From Chthoniobacteraceae bacterium (GTDB lineage Bacteria > Verrucomicrobiota > Verrucomicrobiia > Chthoniobacterales > Chthoniobacteraceae): 64,000 nt of DNA. Within the stretch, counting starts at the first letter, position 1. Each line of letters begins with the position of its first letter. Shown in pieces: positions 56,044 to 64,000 of this stretch. The translations under genes were made by a program, and so were the position numbers. The DNA is taken from positions 64,001 to 128,000 of the forward strand of contig JANNWY010000196.1 of NCBI GenBank assembly GCA_031409335.1, in the 5' to 3' direction. The notes under the pieces are model-generated. The model was not told the DNA's origin. It saw only the letters and a program-made list of their open reading frames with translations, and made no database searches.

Positions 56044-57480
56044 TCAGCATTCATCGCTCGTCAGCATCCCGGCAAAGGCGCTGGTCCGCAGCGATTCGAG
56101 TTGCGGGCGGTCGAGGAAGATCGCGCGCATTTTGGCAACGCGATCGGGTGCGAACTTCGTGGCGAAGTTGCGCGCGAATTTCTCCACGAGCAGCGGGATG
56201 CCTTCGGCGCGGCGGCGGCGGTGGCCGAGGGGATACTCGACTTCGATGCGCGCGGTGCTGGTGCCGTCGGTGAAGAAGACTTGCACGGCGTTGGTGATGG
56301 ATCGCTTGGATGGGTCGAGGTAATCGCGCGTGTAGCGCGGGTCTTCGCGCGCGGTCATCTTTGCGCGGAGCGCATCGATGCGCCGGTCGGCGGCGATCGT
56401 GTCCTCGTAATGATCGGCGGTGAGCGCGCCGAAGATGAGGCCGATGGCGGTCATGTATTCGAGGCAGTGATCGCGGTCGGCGGGGTTCGCGAGCGGGCCG
56501 GTTTTGTGGATGATGCGCAGCGCGCTTTCGTGCGTGGTGATTTCGACGCGGGCGATTTCACCGAGACGATTTTGGACGAGAGGGTGAAGCGCGATGGCGG
56601 CTTCGACGGCGGTTTGCGCGTGGAATTCGGCGGGGAAGGCGATTTTGAAAAGCACGTTTTCCATCACGTAACTGCCGAGCGGACGCGCGAGCGTGACGGG
56701 CTGTTTTTTGAAAAGCACATCGCTGAATCCCCACGTCGGCGTGGAGAGCGCGCCGGGGTAGCCCATCTCGCCGCGCATCGCCATGAGCGCGTGCCACACG
56801 CCGCGCGCGGTGGCGTCGCCGGCGGCCCAGGATTTTCGCGAGCCGGTATTCGGCGCATGACGATAAACGCGGAGCGCGCCGCCGTCGGCGAAGGCGTTGG
56901 AGAGCGCATTGATGATCAGCTCGCGTGTGCCGCCGAGGAGCGCGGTGGCGACGGCGGTGGAGGCGATGCGCACGAGCAGGACGTGATCGAGACCGGCGCG
57001 GTTGAACGAATTTTCCAACGCGAGCACGCCTTGGATTTCGTGCGCGCGGATCATCGCGGTGAGCACGTCGCGCACGGTGAGTATGCGGCCATTGCGATCG
57101 AGCCAGTCTGCGACGCCCAGGATCGCGCCGAGATTGTCGGATGGGTGGCCCCAATCGGCGGCAAGCCAGGTGTCGTTGAAATCCAGCCAGCGGATCAGCG
57201 TGCCGATGTTGAATGCCGCCGCGACCGGATCGAGCACGAACGCAGTCCCCGGAACACGCGCGCCATTTTCCACCACAATGCCGGGAACGAGCGGGCCGAG
57301 CAGCTTCGTGCAGGCGGGATAACTCAGTGCGAGGATGCCGCACCCGAGCGAATCCATGAGGCAAAGGCACGCGGTGTTATAGGCCTCGTCGCCGAAAGCG
57401 GGGGCGGCGAGAACGTAGTCGGCGATCTCGCAAAGGAGCGCGTCTGGCGCGGGACGGGGGCTGTTCGGCTCGGAGTTCAT
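56044..57480 (-). CDS. prpD: 2-methylcitrate dehydratase
   Basis: [69 protein letters not shown]. Confidence 0.95.
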   Translation of the reverse strand: MNSEPNSPRPAPDALLCEIADYVLAAPAFGDEAYNTACLCLMDSLGCGILALSYPACTKLLGPLVPGIVVENGARVPGTAFVLDPVAAAFNIGTLIRWLDFNDTWLAADWGHPSDNLGAILGVADWLDRNGRILTVRDVLTAMIRAHEIQGVLALENSFNRAGLDHVLLVRIASTAVATALLGGTRELIINALSNAFADGGALRVYRHAPNTGSRKSWAAGDATARGVWHALMAMRGEMGYPGALSTPTWGFSDVLFKKQPVTLARPLGSYVMENVLFKIAFPAEFHAQTAVEAAIALHPLVQNRLGEIARVEITTHESALRIIHKTGPLANPADRDHCLEYMTAIGLIFGALTADHYEDTIAADRRIDALRAKMTAREDPRYTRDYLDPSKRSITNAVQVFFTDGTSTARIEVEYPLGHRRRRAEGIPLLVEKFARNFATKFAPDRVAKMRAIFLDRPQLESLRTSAFAGMLTSDEC

Positions 57481-57515
57481 GCGTGCCGACCATTCACCGA
57501 TCTCCGGGAATGGAA

Positions 57516-57544
57516 ACCGCGGATTGCACGGATTGCCGCGGATT
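57516..57544. repeat. Short periodic repeat (CGGATT x3, 9-10 nt period)
   Basis: ACCGCGGATTGCACGGATTGCCGCGGATT, intergenic. Confidence 0.6.
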
Positions 57545-57549
57545 CGTGC

Positions 57550-60500
57550 TCAACTGGCAGTGCGGCGTTCCACCTCGCGAGCCTGGCGCGCCTTGCGGCG
57601 CTCGCGCCAGCCGATGAGGCCCACCAAACCCATCGCGGCAAAGACACTCGATGGCTCGGGCACGGGGACGATTTCAAAGTGAGTGCTGTCGAACTGAAGC
57701 GCAGTATAGCCGCTGCTGAAGCCGTTGAAGACGACGCTGCTTTGGCTGAAGCCGGACAGGAAAGTCATGCGCGCCGCATCGTTGCCCTGGAACATGAGGC
57801 GGTCGTTCGTTCCGTCCACGCCCGCGGTTAATGCCGAGCCATTCCAATTCAGGATCGAGAGCGTCCCAGCCGAGTAGGTGCCGCTCGCGAACATCAAGCT
57901 GCCGACGCCGGAGAAATCGATCGTGGAGTTTGCCGAGAGTGTGAGCGCGCCCATTCCGTCGAGGGAGGAGACACCATTTCCTTCCAGCGCACCGCCGACA
58001 TCGATCTTGCCGCCGTTCAGATTCACGGTCGCCGCGTCGTTGATGCGGCTGCCCGCGCCGCTCAGCAGCAAGGTGCCGCCGTTGTTCACCGCGATACTTG
58101 TCGTCGAGCCCAGGGTTCCCGCGCCGGCTGCTTGCAAGGTGCCTGCGCTGATGGTGGTCGCACCGGTGAAGGTATTCGCGCCCGTCAGCACGGTCGTGCC
58201 GGTGCCGCTTTGGATCACGGCCCCCGTGCCGGAGATGGCATTGGGGACGGTGTAATTGTCGGAACGCTTGAATTCGAGCGTGCTGTTGTCGATCACCGCG
58301 CCGCTGCCCAATGTGCCCGCCGCGCCTCCGTTGCCGATTTGCAAGATGCCACCGGTGATCGTCGTCACGCCCGTGTAGGTGTTCGAGCCTGACAGAATTT
58401 GCGTGCCCGCGCCGAGCTTGGTCAAAGCGATGCCGCCAAGACCTTCACCATTCCCACTGCCACCGTCGGTCATCGCGCCGCCGAAGTCGCCGGAACCGCC
58501 GGACACACCGACCGAGAGCGTGTCATAGACGCCGACACCGTTGCCGAAGCTGTTGGTGAGGGTGCCCAGTCCATTGAGCGAATTGATCGTCACGGAATCC
58601 GCCCGCATGTCGAGCGTGGCTCCGCTGGAAATATCGAGATTCGCGGTGTTGCCGGACCAGTTGGCCGCATTGCCGTCGTTTCGCAGGGTGCCCTGCTGGA
58701 CGAGAATGTCGCCAGTGGGGCTCACCGTGCCGAAAAGCGAAGTCGTGCCGGGGCCGCTTTTCACGATCGTGCCATTCCCGGTGATGGCACCGGTGATGTT
58801 GTAGTTGTTCGCGAGGGCGGGCGCGAAGTCGAGCGTCGCGTCAGGATCCACGCTCAGCGCACCTGGTCAGCTCGCAGCGTTGTTCAGAATGAGGCGCAGC
58901 CTACCCTGCTGGACGGCGGTGGCGCCGCTCCAAGTCTGGTTGTTCCAAGTGGTGAGTTCCTGTGTCCCCCCGCCGGTCTTGACGAAGTTCAGCTTCCCGG
59001 CGGTCGCGTGATTGCTAAAGCCGCTGCTCCGGTCGCGGATGTGGCCGAAGTAACTCTGCGTGCCGCTGGTCACGTTGAGCGTGAGGGTGCTATTCGTAGC
59101 GGGCGAGGCGTCGCCTTCGACGAGTTGCACGACGCCACCGTCCGCGCCGCCGAGATTGCTCAGCCCTGCGACGGTTTCGTTGAAGCCATTCAAATTGAGG
59201 TAGCTCCACCTGCCGGACGCCGCGCCGAAGGTGACCACCGTGCTGTCCGCGATCTGATCGTCCGCGCCGAGCCGCACGGTCGTGAAGGTGTTCGCCGCCG
59301 CCGTGGGCACGCCCATTTGCAGCGCACCGCTGATCGCATTGCCGCCAGCGCGCTGGAGCAGCACCTGCATGTTGTTCGTCGCGGTCGCGCCATTCTCCAC
59401 GATGGTCGCCCCGTTGATTTGTCCGGTGATTTGGAAGGTGGAGTTGACCGGCGCGAGCGTGAGGGTGCCGTTGGTAATGTCGCCCGCGAGTTCTGCATCG
59501 ATCGCCGCACTGCCGCCGAGCGAAGTAATCCGGCCCGCGCCAGCATTGAGGTCGATGGGATTCAAGAAACGCGTCGTGCTGTCCGAATTTGGCCCGCTCA
59601 AAATGAGGCTCGATGCGGTGGGCACAAAGTTTCCCGCGTTCAAAGTCATCGTCCCGCCCGCCCCGCCGATATTCACGATGCGCGTGCCGCCGAACGCCCC
59701 GAAGCCACCGCTGCCGGTGAACTGCACCTGGCCATTGCCGGTGCCGAGGGCTGCGGTGAAATCCGTGACACCCAGCTCCACGATGCCGCCATTCATGTTC
59801 ACGTTGGAATTTGGTGAAAGCGCCGTGGCACTGGCCTCGCGCAGCGCGCCGCCGGTGATGAGAGTGGTGCCGGAATGGGTGTTCGCGCCTGTCAGACTGA
59901 GGGTGCCACTACCCGACTTCGTCAGACCGAGGATTTTCCCCGCGCCGCCGTCCTGTAAGATGCCATCGAACGTCGAGGTTCCAGACACGGTGAGCGTGCC
60001 CGTGCCGACCGCGAGATTCGTCACGATGCCCGGCACGGCTCCGCTTCCGGCCGTCAAGGCACTGACGGTTTGATTGAGCGCATTGAGATCGAACGTGCCA
60101 CCCACCGTCGCTCCGCCACTCACCGTGAGCGTGGTGCCCACCGGCAGACGGTCGTTCCCGCCTCCGATGCGCAGGATGCCGTTGCTCACCGTCGTCGCTC
60201 CTCCATAAACGCTGGCACCTGTCAGGGTAAAAGTCCCGGTGCCAATCTTCGCGAGGTTGTTCCTGCCGATATCAATCGAAGTGTTATTCGCACCCACTCC
60301 GCCGATGCCACGGATGACGCCGTCAAACTGGCTGCTGCCGTTATTCGATCCGACGGTCAGGGTGTTATTGGTCTCGCCGAGCGCGAACGTGTTGATGACC
60401 GTGCCGCTGCCGGTCAGTTTATCCACGATCATGTCATCGGTGCGCAGATCCAGTTCCGCGCCGCCGGCGACGAACACATCGGCCGTGCTGCTGGTCCACA

Positions 60501-63264
60501 ACGTGGTGTTGAAGCCATTTCCAAAGCGCCCGTCGTTGATGAGGATCGTTCCCTGAAAGTTGGCCGGTGCTGCCCCCCGAAACTGGAACCAGCCCGCACC
60601 CGTCTTGGTGAGCGTGCCGGTGCCAGTGAGTGTTCCCAAGTCCACCCAGTTGTCCACCACAGTGTTGGTCGTGTTGACGGTGAGAAAAGCGCCGCTGGCA
60701 ATGCTCCATGCGCTGGCATTGAGCGCGTTCGTGCCGTCGAGGATCAGCGTCCCCTGACTCACCGTCGTGGGTCCCGTGTAGTTCGTGCCTGCTCCGCTCA
60801 GCGTCTGCGTGCCGGTCCCGGTTTTTACCACTGCCCCGGTGCCACCGATGCCACCGGAGAAGGAGCCGCCGCCGTCGTTGGTCCCGAGGGTCAGGGTCTG
60901 CGCGCCGAGGGTCACCGCTCCCGCGCCATTGAGGGATTTCACGCTGGCATTGGCGACCGAGCCGGCCCAGTTCGCATCGAGGCGCAGGGTGGAGCCGAGG
61001 GCAAACGTCACATCGCTATTCTGAAACACCAGCCCCGCGCTGCCGTTGACGAACACGTTGCCGGAATTAACCTGCAACGCGCCGGAGTAACTGCCCGCGG
61101 TGGTGCGGAAGACGAGGCCGTTATTCCCACCGCCGGTCGTATTGAGCGTCAGCGCCCCGGCGCCGGAGATGCCTGCATCGAAGAACACATTGTTGTTCGT
61201 CGTGTCGGTGTTGTTGACGTTGATGGTGCTGGCGGCGGACACCGTTAGCCCGCCGGTCCACACCTTCCATGCGTTGGCAGCGGTAGTCGTGTGGGAATAG
61301 ATGCCCCCATTGAGCGTCAGCGTGCCGCCAGCCGCGCCTTGGTTGTTGTTGGTTCCAGAAGTGCGGAATTCACCCCCGGCATTGACCGTGACCGGCGAAT
61401 TCCACGAGCTGGTTCCGGCGAGAGTGGTGTCATGCGCGAGGATGCCTTGGTTGACCGTGGTGGTGCCAGTGTAAGAGATGGAGACCCCTGCCTGATTGCC
61501 GATCGTCTGCGTGCCCGCTCCTGTCTTGATGATGTTGAGCTTGTTCGTCGTTCCACCGTCGTCCTGGTCGCGGAAGTATCCGTAGGCAGCGTAGGTGCCG
61601 GTTCCGTTGAGCGTCAGGGTGGCCGGGTTGCCTGGGCTGAATAAGTTGATCCCCTGATTCTGCACGATGACATTCGCATTCGAAGTTCCACCGTCCAGAC
61701 CTGCCAGCGTTTGATTGGTTCCCTGGAGATCAAAGCGCCCCCAATTCCCAGCCGTGTTCTTTCCGACGATGACGACACCTGCGCCAAATTGATTGTCCCA
61801 CTGATTGCGCCCCGCGCCCGTGGTCGTCACATCGCCCATGCGCAGATTAAACTGCCCGCCAGTGCCGCTGCCGAGCCAGACCTGCGTGTTCGCGGCAATC
61901 GCCACCGCCCCGCCCGTTTTCTGCAAACGCAGCGACGCGTTCGCACCCTGTCCGTCCACCACCGTCTTGCCCGTGAAGGTATTGCTCGCGGCTCCCCCGA
62001 GGATGATGTCCACCAACTGCGTCGAACCGCCATTCCATGAAGTGTAGCGCGACATGGCTAGGTCGCCGGGGCCGGAGATGACTCCATTGAGCGAGTGAGT
62101 CCCCAAGGAGTAACCGCCAATCGCGCTATATTGGCCCGTGTTGTCGCCGAGGATGATGCCGGTCGTGTTGTTGAGGACGATGTTCCCGGTGAGCGTCTGA
62201 TTCCCCTCCAGTCTCAGCGCGCCGATATAGAATCCGTTGTCCCGCCACCCGGCTCCGTTGCCGATGGTGAAGCTATTGGTGAACGTGTTCGTCCCCGTGA
62301 GCAGAGCGGTCGCCCCGGTTTGCAGGTCGATGGCTGCCGAACTCAACTGGCTGGCTGATGTGGCGATGATCCTCGCGCCATTCACGCGTAGTGTCCCCGT
62401 CAGCCCGGTGTTATTGCCGGTCAGGTTGTAGTTGCTGAAGATTTGATTTGCCGCGCTGTTCGTGCCTTGAAACAAAATCGTGCCCGCGCCGCTCAGGTTG
62501 TTGGCAATGGTCACGTTGGAACCCGAGGAGTTCGAGTTATCCCACTTCATTGTCGTGCCTGCCGCCACGGAGACGGCGGACGACCCGGAGATGGACCCGG
62601 CATTGGTCCCATTGCCCACCGTCAGCGTTCCCGCAGTGAGAGTGGTCGCTCCGGTGTAAGTATTCGCGCCGAGCAGCACCACCTTGCTCGCTTGCTCGAC
62701 TGTGATGCCGCCGCCCTGCGAAATGACCGTGCCCGTTCCGAAAGTCACCGTCTTGTTGTTCACGCCAAAGACCCGGATGTTGTTTCCGTTGGTGAAAACA
62801 TTCGCGCTGTTAATCACGAGATCGCCATTCACCGGATTGAACTCACCCGTGCCCGGCTGCCCCGCCACGATCGCCAGCGCCGCGAGCGAAATGGTCTGGG
62901 TCAGCGTGCTGTAGTTTTCGATCTTCCCGAAAATGTCGATGGCATTGCCACCCACGTTGAAGGCACCCGCGGTCGCGGCAAAGGTGATCGAGTGGAAGTC
63001 ATCGAACGCCGTGTAGTTATTGTTCGGGGTGAGTCGCACCGCCCCGTCGAAAACCAGATCCGTCGTGGCCCCGGTCGTGGGTGCGCTGCCGCCCCAGTTT
63101 GCGCCTGAACCAAAGAGATCATCGTCCACGTCCCCTCCGTTCCAGGTGAACGTGGCCGCGTTGGCGGACGTGGCGGCCGCGAGCAGGAGGATGCTCCCCG
63201 TGAGAATCCGGCGGATGGAGCGACGGCGCGGAGTGCTGGAGTCAGGGAGATTGCTCATAAACAT
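57550..63264 (-). pseudogene. About 1900-aa autotransporter-associated beta-strand repeat PEP-CTERM surface protein interrupted by one in-frame TGA (58869-58867)
   Basis: Signal peptide; many K.G.GT..L.G.NTYTG.T....G.L repeats; junction reads NNAAS*PGALSVDPDATL in one frame; C-terminal VPEPSS-TM-RERRK. Confidence 0.8.
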
Positions 63265-63300
63265 ACCGGTTCAGGGGTGCCATTCGAGGGTCGTGGAAAT

Positions 63301-64000
63301 TCAACGCGTGTGGGTGGCGTGATGCACTTTGCGCCGACGAAAGCCGAGCAGCGTGAGCATTCCGCCGAAGAGCAGCGCGGCGCTGCCGGGCTCGGGGACG
63401 CCCTGCACGGAGGCCGCTCCAGCGAGCGCGTCGCCGCCGAATTCCGCCAGCGCGCCAGGCGATTCCATCAGCGCGCCCAGCGTGGCGACTCCGCCGTCAT
63501 TGATGGTGAGTGAGTCGAGCGTCTGGCTGACGCCGAAATTCGCGACCGCGTTGACGATGACATCCGCACCCGCGGCGTTGCTGGCCAAATTAAGGGTGCC
63601 TTCATCGGCTGTGAGCGTGGTCATGCTCAATGTCCCGGAGAGCTTTAGTTTGCCGCTGCCAGCTTTTGTAAAGTCCCCGCCGCCGACGATGTCGCCAGCG
63701 TAGATCGTACTGGTCGCGTCGCCTGCGGTCAGGCTGCCGTCGCTGAGTGAAATACTGCTGCCCGCGACGCCGGTGAGTGCGCCGATGGTTTGCGTCACGC
63801 CGTTCACGTCGAGCGCCGCGCCCGCGGCGGTGAGGGAGACTGGGCCAGTCGAGGGTAGGACGTTCGTAGCGCCGCTCCTCCATTTGCGGTTCAGGTATGC
63901 TTCGACGGCTCCGCGTTCTTCCGAAGTGAGCACGCTGGTGAAGACGAGCATTTCACCGATGTCGCCGGAGGAATACTCAGTTACCGGGTTGCCGCTGAAG
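63301..64000 (-). CDS. C-terminal part of a large PEP-CTERM protein (LamG-like end plus autotransporter-type repeats); 5' part outside the window
   Basis: Frame open to the window edge; GDIGEMLVF..L...ER..VEAYL..KW, TKAGSGKL, VPEPGS-TM-RRRK. Confidence 0.85.
   Translation of the reverse strand, partial: FSGNPVTEYSSGDIGEMLVFTSVLTSEERGAVEAYLNRKWRSGATNVLPSTGPVSLTAAGAALDVNGVTQTIGALTGVAGSSISLSDGSLTAGDATSTIYAGDIVGGGDFTKAGSGKLKLSGTLSMTTLTADEGTLNLASNAAGADVIVNAVANFGVSQTLDSLTINDGGVATLGALMESPGALAEFGGDALAGAASVQGVPEPGSAALLFGGMLTLLGFRRRKVHHATHTR

Noticed and set aside
58867..58869. TGA as selenocysteine or as Trp under an alternative genetic code
   Set aside because: No redox context for Sec, and many intact genes here end in TGA at their expected C-termini

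Overview
High-GC bacterial chromosomal segment, most consistent with Verrucomicrobiota (probably Chthoniobacterales/Spartobacteria). This is an inference from four PEP-CTERM proteins, autotransporter-type beta-strand repeat proteins, a DUF1549/DUF1553 cytochrome c protein, an ECF sigma with FecR-LamG partner, a stand-alone SWIB protein and a prepilin/X9-DG protein. About 50 CDSs mix housekeeping genes (purD end, icd, sufT, murU/amgK-like pair, ubiE/menG, nnr, prpD, amidase, HtrA, Gld-like ABC system) with accessory surface and signalling genes. The best candidate for an undescribed system is a three-gene operon (25409-28310) behind a divergent cobalamin riboswitch whose kissing loops covary. 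It encodes a DUF4465/BtuJ-like PEP-CTERM protein, a BtuH-like surface protein and a pilin-like Y-X9-DG protein, with no BtuB/BtuCDF transporter in the window. Other points of note: a CotH-phosphatase-CotH secreted cassette, two genes each broken by a single in-frame stop, several probable leaderless promoters, a catalytically degenerate S41 protease, a ketosynthase plus cyclase pair, and several short palindromic or periodic elements, two of them in frame inside a gene. No rRNA, tRNA, CRISPR array or transposase was recognised. All family calls come from motif recognition by eye; no searches were run.
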